A stretch of DNA of 56,985 bases, the filler included, from Basidiobolus meristosporus CBS 931.73 (taxonomy: Eukaryota; Fungi; Basidiobolomycota), in assembly GCA_002104905.1 (NCBI GenBank). It is 3 parts of 3 records of this genome, joined end to end, with 100 filler letters (N's around TTAATTAATTAA, not from the genome) between each part and the next. Parts side by side here need not be neighbours in the genome. Positions count along the whole stretch, not along the records: positions 1 to 24,646 come from MCFE01000944.1; 2 more parts are not named here. The stretch is one strand, 5' to 3'. Both the position numbers and the translations under genes were made by a program. Positions 1 to 11,612 of this stretch are shown piece by piece (within the stretch, counting starts at the first letter, position 1; every line of letters begins with the position of its first letter). Below the pieces are notes generated by a model. The model saw only the letters and a program-made list of their open reading frames with translations, was not told the DNA's origin and ran no database searches.

Positions 1-3000
1 AAATGAAAAATCTAATTTACAGAGTTACCCTGCTGGTGGATGAGATGGAATCTGTGGGCATACCAACTACTGATGAGGATATGATAGTTGCCATCCTGAA
101 TAGCCTGATAGACAAGTTTCAGGGCCTTGTATCAGCCCTAGAGTCCCAAACTGAAGATTTGACCTTAAGTTACAGATTTGGAAGGCTTCTGGATGAAGAA
201 TTAAGAAAATCAAGCACCAATGAGAAGGAAGAAGAAAATGATTTAATAAGCAATGATAACCAACAAAGGAGGTACCCAAGACCCAACAAAGGCAGCAGCA
301 GCCTGTTTTGCAACTACTGCAAAAGGAAAGGACACACATCAGACTGGTGTCTCAAAAAGAGAGATAATCAACAAAAGAAGCCTGAATATGGAAATGCTGC
401 AACAACTGATGATAGGCTCTTCATATCTGCACTAAATGCAAGCACAAACAAGGATTCTCAGACATGGTATATTGACTCTAAAGCATCTCAACACTTCTCA
501 CACCAAAAAGAACATTTTACCCAATATCAAGAAATTCCAATTTAGAAGGTTTTTGTGGGTGACAATAGAACACTTGATGCAGTGGGAGAAGGAATTGCCC
601 AAGTAAACCTTAGAAATAGTGAAGGAAGCCATACTCTGACTTTCAAAGAAGTACTCTATGTACCAGGAATAGCCAAGAACCAACTATATGTAAGCAAGGC
701 CACTGCAGAAGGACTCAGTTTCAACTTTGACAGTTCTAGATGCAAAATCACTGATCAAAATGGTGCCCATGTTGCTTTGGGTATCAGATATCAGAGTCTA
801 TACAAGTTGACTTATATTCCAGCATATCTAGAAGCCAATATAAGTAACTTAAATGAAGAAACACCAATGCTTTGGCACAGGAGATTTGGGCAAATCAATT
901 TTGATTATTTGCGCAAAATGATCAAAGATCAGCTAATTTCTGGAGTACAAAATGATCCCTCAGCTGATTAGGGGCACTGTGAGGCCTGCATATATAGGAA
1001 ACATGCCAGACAACCGTTCAAGAGCACTGGCTTAATCAAACCTAACAAAAAATTAGATCTAATTCACACACATCTGTGTGAACCTATGCAAAAGTTTTCC
1101 TTAGGAAAGATGAAGTATTTAATCACTTTTATTGATGATTATACCAGAAGCACATGGGACTACTTCATGGAGAGAAAGGAAAAAGCTCTGTCCAAGTTCA
1201 GGGAGCTTAAAGCCATGGTGGAGAGAGTAACTAGTAAAAAATCAAGAAAACATTCTCTGACAATGGTGGAGAATATATTTCCAAACTCTTCATCCACTTC
1301 TGCAAGATTCTTGGGATAAAGCACGTGACTTCTGTACCATACTCCCCACAGCCAAATGGAATAGCAGAATGTGCAAACAGATCAATAATTAATATGGCAA
1401 TATCTATGATCAAAAATTTCCCTCTGATTTTTGGGTGGAATCAGTTGCCACAGCTGGATACCTTAAAAATAGGAGTTATAAGTGAATATTTTCTAGTTCC
1501 ACACCATATGAGGCATGGTATGGATACAGACCATGTGCAGAACATCTAAGAATATTTGGGTGTAGAGTATATGCCAAGAAGCTGCCTGGAAATCAGCCAA
1601 ATGTGAGCCAAAACATGTAAAATGCATATTTTTGGGCTACTGCAATGAGAGTAATACACACAGACTCTACAGTACCAAAGCAAAGAAGCCAATCAAGTCC
1701 AGGCAAGTGCTGCTTGAGGAATATTCAAAATATTTACAAAAAACAACATCAGATGATGACAAAAATCTGAACTCAAGTCCACCAACTGTCAGGATTAAAT
1801 CAGAGCAAAACAATGAAGATCTTTTCACTCCAGATGACTCTAAAACCATGGTTCTGCCTGAAGCAGAGCCCAGGAGTATCTCAGAAGTGATCACTTCAGT
1901 ATCAGTTGCCTGGAGATCCAATCGGACCAGAGAGAGCCCAAATTACTATATCAGTGAGGGTAAAGCATATCCTCTGCCTATTCAGTTCATATTGATGAAC
2001 CCCAGGCTGTAAAAGCAGCCCTAAATAGCCCTCAGACAAAGCTTTGGAGATCTGCAATGACTGAAGAATTTCAGGCCCTAATGGAACAACAAACTTGGGA
2101 CTTGGTCAAATTACCAATCAACCAAAAATCAATTGGATGCAGATGGGTCTTCAAGATAAAATACAAGGCTGATGGTACAATTGAAGGATACAAAGCAAGA
2201 CTTGCAGCCAAAGGATACTCTCAAACAAAAGGAGTTGACTAGACTGAGACCTTTGCACAGGTAGCCAAGTTTAATTCCATCAGATTACTATTGGCTATTG
2301 CATCCAAATATAAGTTTCTTATTCATCAAATGGATGCAAGAACTGCATTTTTGAATGGAGAACTTGATAAGGATATGTATATGGACCAGCCTGATGGGTT
2401 TGTTGACCAAGATAAACCCATTTGGTCTGCAAGCTTAAAAAGTCTCTATATGGTCTTAAGCAATCACCAAGAGCCTGGAATTGTAAGATAGATTCTTCTT
2501 TGGAGTCTCTGAGTTTCAAAAGGAGTAAAACTGACTATGGTACATACTATAAGCCAGATAGAGCAAGTCCAGTTCTATTAGCTTTAAATGTAGATGATCT
2601 TATTACAGCCTCCAATAACCTAGCAACATTGGAAGAGACTAAGTCCAGCCTTTCTAAGGAGTTCAAGATGTCCAATCTAGGAGAACTCAGTTACTACCTA
2701 GGGATTAAGCTTTCCATAGGCAGAGGTACCCAGACCATTACCCTAAGCCAATCCAAGTATATTGAAGATATACTGAAGAAGCTCAAAACAAAAGACTTTA
2801 AGCTGGCAGCTACCCCAATGGAGACAAACCTTAACTTGGTAAAACTCAACCAAATCAAGACAGCTTAATGCCATCTGAAAGCCCTGACTTTTCTTATCAA
2901 TCTAAAGTTGGAAGTCTGATATACATCATGCTTGGAACATGTCCAGTCATCTCACATTCAGTGGGAGCTGTCAGGCAGCATAATCAGAACTATGGATCTG

Positions 3001-3609
3001 ATCATATTGCAGCAGTTGAGCAGATTTTTAGATACCTAAAAGGAACTAATGATATCCGCTTAAGATACACTTATATGGATTAAGAACTGGATCTTGTGGG
3101 ATAAACTGATGCTGACTGGGGACAAAACCTGGAAGACAGAAGATCCACCATAGGATACATCTTTCATGTGATTCAAGGATGCAACCAACCATAGCACTTT
3201 CTACCACAGAGGCAGAGTATATGTCAGCATGTGAATCTACAAAAGAAGCAATGCAGCTAAGAAAGCTTTTTACAGATTTAAACATATATCAAAAAAGGCC
3301 TATTACTTTTTTTAAGATAATCAGGGTGTATACAATTAAGTGGAAATCCAGCTTTTCATGCTAGAGCTGAGCACATAGATATTAGACATCATTTCATACA
3401 TGAAGCTATAGAGAATAACTTAGTTAGCTTAATTTACTGTCCTTCAGATGAAATGATTGCAGACATATTTACCAAACCATTAGCAAGAAACAAGTCTAAA
3501 TATCTTAGGTCAAAATTGGGACTAGTTGGTATGAGCATTTGGCTGAGTGGGAGTGTTGCAAAAATTTGTAATTCCACCTTAACATTCACCTAACTTAGTC
3601 ACTTAGATC
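1..3609 (+). mobile_element. Ty1/Copia LTR retrotransposon, family A copy 1; degenerate, 5' end outside the window, 3' LTR truncated (3554-3609)
   Basis: Order gag (CNYCKRKGHTSDWC knuckle) - GAG-pre-integrase - integrase - RT - RNase H. PPT-like GAGTGGGAG at 3545-3553, then TGTTGCAAAA...; the LTR start matches the family A LTR at 30210 for ~55 bp only. Confidence 0.95.
3..3530 (+). pseudogene. gag-pol: Copia A gag-pol relic with many stops and frameshifts
   Basis: ORF fragments 3-545, 555-971, 1086-1549, 2057-3083 and 3179-3364 with Copia motifs (LYVPGIAKN, PYSPQPNGIAE, KARLAAKGYSQ, IALSTTEAEY). Confidence 0.93.
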
Positions 3610-5966
3610 TGTGGTAATGGAAAGTATTCCATTACTACAATATATCAAAACCAATATTGCACCCATTTCCTTATTTTGCTTTTTGCTATTGTAATATACA
3701 AGTTAAAGATCCAGAAATTCCAACTTTAAATGACAAATACCCCAGACTCTGACAGGCAATCCACCCAAGAATATTATGTCATACAGAACATGCAGTAGCC
3801 AACACATGTTTCAAATTACAGCTCATTTGAAGCAGTACTTAAGGATTTATGACCAAAAGAGTCCAATTATTATATATACTAGGCCACTATTGCTAGGATT
3901 ACTATTGTGACTTTGATTGCGTGTAACTTTTGAGCCAGCCCATCATATCACGTGATATTCTCACAGGTGCTGTGCCTATGTCATAATACAATACAACAAG
4001 AATTTGGTGGAGGACCTGGGTAGTTTGAACCTTTCACTTTACAAGCATCAACAAACATTACAAGAATGACCAACACACCACTCCCAGCAATAATAGCCAC
4101 TTTCAAGGGTGCCATCCCAGTATAATTCTCAGGAGAGAATGTTGCTGAGTTTCTAGAAGAGTTTAACAATATAGCTGCAGGATTTGAGCTATCACACAAG
4201 AACAAAATTCAGTTGTTTCCCTTTCTCTGCAAAGTTGAAGTATCAAGATTTTTACAAAGTTTCAATCCATTTGAGGTATCTGTTGGCACTGACTATAACT
4301 TGGACACTGCTCAACAAGCTATTTTAGCTGAGTACCAAAAGGAAGCACAGCTTGTTACACTAAATGAGCTACAAATGCCTTACAACATGACCCAAACCTT
4401 GCAAAAGTGCATTCAAAAGTTTGAGTCAAAAGCAAGGCATGTTGAAGCGGCTATTGGAATTCCAAGATTTTATCAAAGAAACTATTTTCTGATGAATATG
4501 CCTCCTGAAATACATAATGCCATTAGCCAGCAAGTTCAGGCTACTAACTCCTACAACAATGTTAAACAAATGCTGTTAAACTCTCAATTAGGGAGACAAG
4601 TCATGGATTCCCTCAATACTCAAGTGAGGATTCCCACCCCAGCCAAACAAATTCTTCATTGTACAAATAGCCCACAAAGTAATCAGGTTAATGAATTAGT
4701 TGATGCATTAGGAAAACTGACGCTTAAGTTAGACTCTCAAGGTGTACCATCATCAAGCATCAACAAGGCAAGAACATAAAATCCCAAAACAGCCAGTAAT
4801 TATCCACAGCAAACCAAATATTGTGTGTACTGTGAATCTGCTGAACATAGTTGTTATGGTTGTCAAATATTAAATATCATTATTGACAGTCATAAAGTTA
4901 TGACTAATTGCTATGGGAAGATCTGTGATATTGCAGGAAACCCCTTGCCTATCAACCAAGGTTACGGTGGAATGAGGTCCTATATACTTGCTCAAGAAGA
5001 ATCAAGTAAAAGCACCACAACATTAAATTTTATACAAATCCAAAAGACTGCAGAAATTCCAAGCAATGAATGTTAAATACTCACAATATCAGACCCATCA
5101 GGGCAGGTCCAAGAATATCTAAAGGAAAAAGAGGAAGTTGAAGAATTTGACTGCCTTATTGATAAGAGAAAATATGTCTCTTCCAAGAGCAATCCTAGAT
5201 GAGTGTTTACCACCAAGAGAAATCAGCCAGTTGTTGAAATACCAGTACAGCCAAAAACATCAAAAATCCAAAAAGAACACTTGCAATCTTAATATAAGTA
5301 TGACACTACTGCAATCACACAGAAAGTTATCAACAAAATCCAGAAATCTCCATTTCCACAACTTACAAATCAAGAAATGTTCACCACTGTCAACAATCTC
5401 AGTCAACTACTACCAGAAATAGCTAAGCCTATGAACAAAGATATCCTGAAGAATTATCAAGAACAGTTGTCAACAACATTATCAAGTGAACAACTACAAT
5501 TTGAAGTGGAAAAAGCCTTTTACTCTATTACAACAGGAATATATGCTACTACAATCAACAATGTTAAAGTGGAATGTGTTTTTAATTCAGGATCAGAAAT
5601 CAATGCTATCACTGCAATGACTATTGAAAAATCAAATTACCATTGACAGAAGTTGACTGGAATATGAGAACTGCTACAGGTGCAACAGAGAAGATGCTTG
5701 GACTTTGTCACTCTGTGACAATTGAAACTGGAGGAATCAGGGTTACTTCTCCCTTTTTCATTGTTGCCAATGAACCCACTATTGAAATATTGTTAGGACA
5801 ACCTTATGAGAGAAAATGTCTTCTACAAGCTGATAACAGACCTGATGGAAGCTTATGGCTGACAACCACTTCTGACAATCAAAAAAGAAGGGCAACTTTT
5901 TGTGCAGCAGAAGAGAATAATCCAGGAAATGCAGACTCAATTCCAGTACAACATATAGGTTCATAA
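3610..5966 (+). mobile_element. Truncated Ty3/Gypsy-like element (DUF4100-type gag plus aspartic protease) inserted into the Copia A LTR; putative 5' LTR ~3610-3998, PBS-like 4005-4020
   Basis: Similarity to the Copia A LTR stops at 3609 and TGTGGT... begins. TGGTGGAGGACCTGGG has the layout of a tRNA 3'-end complement. A gag/protease relic follows, then an abrupt junction to Copia B at 5967. Confidence 0.7.
4066..5966 (+). pseudogene. Gag (FSGENVAEFLEEF; CVYCESAEH...GNPLPINQGYGGM, DUF4100-like) plus retroviral-type aspartic protease (FNSGSEINAI...ILLGQPY)
   Basis: ATG at 4066 is in frame with ORF 4213-4779 across one TAA; ORFs 4825-5076, 5377-5646 and 5643-5966. The DUF4100 assignment is from motif recognition, not an HMM search. 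Confidence 0.7.
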
Positions 5967-6926
5967 GGACATTTTGCTCTAAAATGGAAAATTGCAAGCC
6001 TGCAGCTACCCAATGGACAATAATTTGAAATTGAGCAAATCTCAGCCAGTTTCTGGTGAAAACAGCTCAAATATGGACCAAAACTTTTCCTATCAATCAA
6101 TGGCTGATAATCTGATGTACTTGATGGTGTCTACAAATCAAGATACTGCAGTGGCAGCTGGAATAGTTAGTCAATTCATGCAGAATTATGGATCAGGTCA
6201 AATTACAGCAGTTAAGCGGATTTTCAGATATCTACAAGGTACCAAAAATATGGTACTAGTGTACTCTGGAGCAGCTAATAGGCAGAAAGTTGATTGTTAC
6301 AGTAACTCAGACTGGGGTAGAGATCTGATTGGCAGATGCTCTACAACTGGGTATATATTTCTTTATGCTGGTGCAGCAATTGCTTGGAATTGCAAGAAAC
6401 AATCAACTGTGGCCCTTTCTACAACTGAAGCAGAATACATGGCTGCTTGCCAAGTAACTAAGGAGGCTATATGACTACAGAAATTACTCAAAGACTTAGG
6501 CTTTAATATGGATGAAACAACATGTATTTACAATGTTGTGATCTGCTGCTTAAATGCTTAAGTTAGATCAGTTTTTAGCCAAATCAGTTAGTTACATGTT
6601 TAGGTTATCAGTGTATCAGTGTTACCTATCAAATCAGTAGCATTACTCAGCAAATGAATCAGCATATCTTTATCAGACAGAAATAGTTATATTAAGTAGG
6701 ATCTTATTGGGTGATGATGATGCAATCAAATGTGTCATCAGCCACAGCCAACATTGGGAAATACAGTTAGTCAGTAGTTGATCTGGCAAAATGTATATAA
6801 GGAGCTGCTGGAATCTCAATAAAGATCAATTCAAGTTTTAATGAATACAATACTAGCTGAACTCCCTATTCCTCTAAAACTCTTATACCAAGACTTGTAA
6901 CATTGATAGCAGCAATAATCAGAAAC

Positions 6927-9900
6927 TGTTGAAATATTGGACTATTTGGTATCATTCAGCAGCTAAAAATTTACTTAACAATTCTAGGCCAGTCTTAGTT
7001 ACTGTAAAACTCATTTACTGCCTTAACCTTGCCGCTTTCTCCAGATATATGATCTTATGATTATTCCCCCATAGTCAGGATCAAATTAGCACTATTACCA
7101 AACATTATGTACTAACCCTGAAACTGTTACAGAATGCTCCTGAATATTGAGAAACCCTCCCTACTTAGTGTTGCAGCTGTATTACTTCTACAAAGGTATA
7201 AATACTGAGCTTCTTTATGAATAAACAACAGTTCAACTATTATCACTATTTCTTGATAAGTTCCTTATATCCAAATCACTTCTTAAATTGCAACAGGTTA
7301 TGAGCCCCAATTGCCTTAATCTATTCTAAAGATGACTTCTACCAGCAAACAAAGCAATACTAACATCTTCCCTGTAAAGGAGAGGTTTGATGGGAAGAAC
7401 TACAGACTTTGGAGAATCAAGATGCAGACCCACCTTGAGGAAAGAAAGCTTTGGAACATAGTAACAGGAAAGGAAGTTGAGCCCAAAGGAACAGCAGAAG
7501 ATGTGGAGAAGTTTCAAGAGAAGGAGAGAAAGGCCTTCAATGCAATATGCATCAATGTGCAAGACTCCTTCATTGGACAAATCCATGCCTCAAATACTAC
7601 CAAAGCAGCATGGGAATCCTTAGAGAAGATCTTTAGAGCAAAGTCAGTATCAAGCAAGCTTTATTTGAAACAAAAGCTCTTCAACATGAGAAAAAAGCCC
7701 AATGATGGCATGCTACAACTCATTACCAGAGTGGAGATACTTGCAGAAGCACTTTACAGTATTAATGCTGGTGTAGATGATGAAGAAAAGATACTCTGTC
7801 TGCTTTGCAGCCTACCAGACAAGTATGAGCCACTCATACTTTCTTTTGAAAGCAGAGAAGACAACTTGACTTTAGACTATGTCAAAGCAAGACTTCTCCA
7901 TGAAGAACTCAGATGTAATAATCAAGCAGAGAAAACTGAAGATAATGCTTGATTCAGTTCATAAAGGCATACAGAAAAGAAGGGAAAGCAACAAAACCAA
8001 AGAAAACCTGGCTGCTGTAACTACTGTAAGAAGCCAGGACACTGGGCAAGAGAATGCAAGAAGAAACAAGCAGACAAAAAACTGAAACTAGAGCAGGCAA
8101 ACCATATAACTACTAATGAACAGTTATTTGTCACTCTACAAGAGAGTTCAAGTAACCAAAGTAATGAATGGTACATTAACTCTGGAGCATCACAGCATAT
8201 TTGTGGTATAAAGGATTGGTTCAGCAACTTAAAGACTATTCCCGTAAGAAAGGTTTATCTAGGAGATAACTCTGCATTGGAAGCTACCGCCAGTGGGTCT
8301 ATACAACTAAATATGAGTGATAACTCAGGGGCAACAACAGCAAAACTGACTGACGTACTCTATGTACCTGGAATAGCTAAGAACCTACTCTCAGTCAGTA
8401 AAGCAACTACTCAGGGACTGAAATTTGTTTTTACTAAGCTGAGGTGCTCAATATTGAGTGAAAATGGACAAAAATTAGCTTCAGGAATCAGAGATCACAA
8501 TATATACAAGTTACAATGCAAGATCATTGTACCTGAGTATGTCAGCATTGCTGAAACTGATGAAACCAACTGGGAGACATTGCATAGGAGGCTAGGACAC
8601 ATAGGGGAGCATAAAACGAGCCAATTGGTGAAAAATCAGCTTGTTTTGGGCCTAAAATACTCAATTCCGATCAAGTTGAATGTTTGTAAGGGATGTTCAT
8701 ATGGCAAACAAACTAGGCCACATTTCAAGAGCTCAGAAGGCATCAATACCACCGGAATATTGGCTATTGTACACTCAGACATATGTGACCCCATGAGAAC
8801 ACTGTCCTTTGGAGCCAAGAGATACTCTACAACGTTTATTGATGGCAAGACAAGATATACATGGGTGTACTTCCTCAAAATAAAGGATGAAGCTTTAGAG
8901 ATGTTTAAGCACTTCAAGAACATGGCAGAAACACAAACTGGGTGTAAATTGAAGGTACTACAAAGTGAAAATGGAGGAGAATACTGCTCAAAGGAGTTTG
9001 CAAAATACTGCTTGTCTACTGGTATACTACAACAGACCACAGTTCCTCATACTCCACAGCAAAATGGAGTAGCAGAACGTGCAAATAGAACAATAGTAGA
9101 GATGGGAAGATCTATGCTACATGATAAGGGAATGGACTACACGTTTTGGGCTGAATCTGTTGCTACCGCTGTATACATCAAGAACATATGCCCATCAACA
9201 GCACTACATGATTCTACACCCTTTGTAGCATATACAGGCAAAAAACCAGATCTCCAACACCTCAGGATCTTTGGCAGTGATGTTTTTTATCACATCCCTG
9301 ACAAAAAACACTCAAAGTTGGAACCAAAGAGTAGAAAAGGGATCTTTCTTGGGTATTGTGAAGATACTAAAGAGTATAGAGTGTATGATGGCCCAAATTC
9401 AGAAGTTGATCAAGAGCAGGGATGTTGTATTTGAGGAGAATTCAGATCAGAAAGCCACGGAAATCATTGGCTAGCTGCCTGATGATGCAATCAACACAAG
9501 TGAAGAAGATACATACCAAATCCAGCCAGAGATGTAAGAAACTTCTACCAGTTCCAGATCAGAACAGATTATCCCAGTTAGGAGATCTACCAGTATAAGA
9601 AATGCCCCTGGATCCTGGTGGCAGACATCCAATGATCATGAAGAAGCTTATCTTGCCTTATGTGCCAAACCTCAGAAACTGGAACAGGCAATGCAAGGTC
9701 CAGATGCTACTAAGTGGCAACAAGCCATGCAGGAGAAGTACCAATCACTGATCAAAGCAAAAATGTGGGAACTGGTAGATTTACCAAATGGGAGAAAGCC
9801 AATTGGATGTAGTTGGGTCTACAAGATCAAGATAACCTCAAATGGTGCCGTTGATAAGTACAAGGCTAGATTGGTAGCTAAAGGCTATTCCCAGATCCAG

Positions 9901-11612
9901 GGACTAGACTTTAAGGAAACATTTGCTCCAGTTGCCAAGTTTAACTCTATTAGGACAGTTATAGCCCTGGCAGCTGTACACAGTCTAGATCCACACCAAA
10001 TGGACGTCAAAACAGCCTTTCTAATTGGGATTTGCAAGAAACTATATATATGGAGCAACCAGAAGGCTTTACCAATCCAAAAAGCCCCCATAAGGTGTGC
10101 AAACTTAGATAATTGTTGTATGGGCGTAAGCAGGCACCCAGAGCACGGTATAACAAGATTGACACATATCTAGAGGAAATTGGGTTCTCTTGTAGCACTG
10201 CAGATCACAGTATAGATGTGAAACAGCTCAATAAGGGTGTGATCATCCTAGTTCTTTATGTGGACGACCTAATTATAGCTACAAGTGATCAAGAGGCACT
10301 TAAACAGATAAAATCAGATCTCTTCAGCAAGTTTGAGATGAAAGATCTTGGAAAATTGAGCTATTTTCTTGGATTTGAGGTCATATTTGACATACCTACG
10401 CAGAAAATTGTGCTGAATCAGTCTAAGTACATCAGGGACATTCTTAGACGCTTCAAAATGGAAAACTGCAAACCTGCAGCAACCCCTATGGACAATTACC
10501 TGAAATTAAGCAAATCTCAACCAGTTATAGATGAAAATGGCTCAAATATGGACCAAAACTTTCCCTATCAATCAATGGTTGGTAGCCTAATGTACTTGAT
10601 GGTGTCTACACATCCAGATATTGCAGTAGCAGTTGGAATAGTCAGTCAATTCATGCAGAATTATGGATCAGATCAAATTGCAGCAGTTAAGCGGATTTTT
10701 AGATATCTACAAGGTACCATAAATATGGTACTGGAATACTCTGGAGCAGCTAATAGGCAAAAATTTGATGGTTATAGTGATTCAGATTGGGGTAGGGATC
10801 TGATTGACAGACGCTCTACCACAGGCTATGTATTTCTTTATGCTGGTGCAGCTATTACTTGGAATTGCAAGAAACAACCAATTGTGGCACTATCTACAAC
10901 TGAAGCCAAATATATGCCTGCATGTCAAGCAACTAAGGAGGCTATATGGCTACAAAAACTATTCAAAGACTTAGGTTTTAATTCAGGTGAACCAACATGT
11001 ATTTACAAGGATAATCAAAGTTGTATTTCATTAGCTGGAAATCCTACTGATCATGCCAGAACTAAGCACATTGATATACAGCATCACTTTGTGAGGGAAG
11101 CTGTAGAAAATAACTTGGTGGAGCCGGTTTACTGCCCAACTGACAAAATGGTGGCAGACACATTGACAAAACCACTAGCTAGGCCACAGTTTGAGATCCT
11201 TCGAGAGAAATTGGGATTAAGGAATTATTTAGCTGAGGGGGAGTGTTGAAATATTGGATTATTTGGTATCATTCAGCAGCTAAAAATTTACTTAACAATT
11301 ATAGGCTAGTTGTAGTCACTGTAGGACTCATTTACTGCCTTAACTTTGCCACTTTCTCCAGATATATCATCTTATGATTATTCCTCTATAGTCAGGATCA
11401 AATTAGCACTATTACCAAACATTATGTACTAACCCTGAAACTGTTACAGAATGCTCCTGAATATTGAGAAACCCTCCCTACTTAGTGTTGCAGCTGTATT
11501 ACTTCTACAAAGGTATAAATACTGAGCTTCTTTATGAATAAACAACAGTCCAACTATTATCACTATTTCTTGATAAGTTCCTTATATCCAAATCACTTCT
11601 TAAATTGCAATA
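6927..11612 (+). mobile_element. Full-length Ty1/Copia element, family B copy 1 (LTRs 6927-7295 and 11244-11612; 5-bp TSD GAAAC)
   Basis: 369-bp LTRs, ~15 differences by eye; GAAAC at 6922-6926 and 11613-11617; PBS GGTTATGAGCCC at 7296-7307; PPT GAGGGGGAG before 11244. Confidence 0.97.
7332..11249 (+). pseudogene. gag-pol: Copia B1 gag-pol, frameshifted (gag 7332-7952; integrase 8277-9434; RT 9691-10173; RT/RNase H 10113-11249)
   Basis: FDGKNYRLW gag start, HRRLGH...CKGC zinc finger, VHSDIC and PQQNGVAER integrase, LYVDDL RT, RNase H ending ...AEGEC* inside the LTR. Confidence 0.95.

Noticed and set aside
8636-9040. Antisense ORFs repeated in both Copia B copies (also 7326-7586, 17875-18210, 19260-19520)
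   Set aside because: Shadows of gag/pol frames, favoured by CpG/TpA-skewed composition; shared only because the copies are recent.
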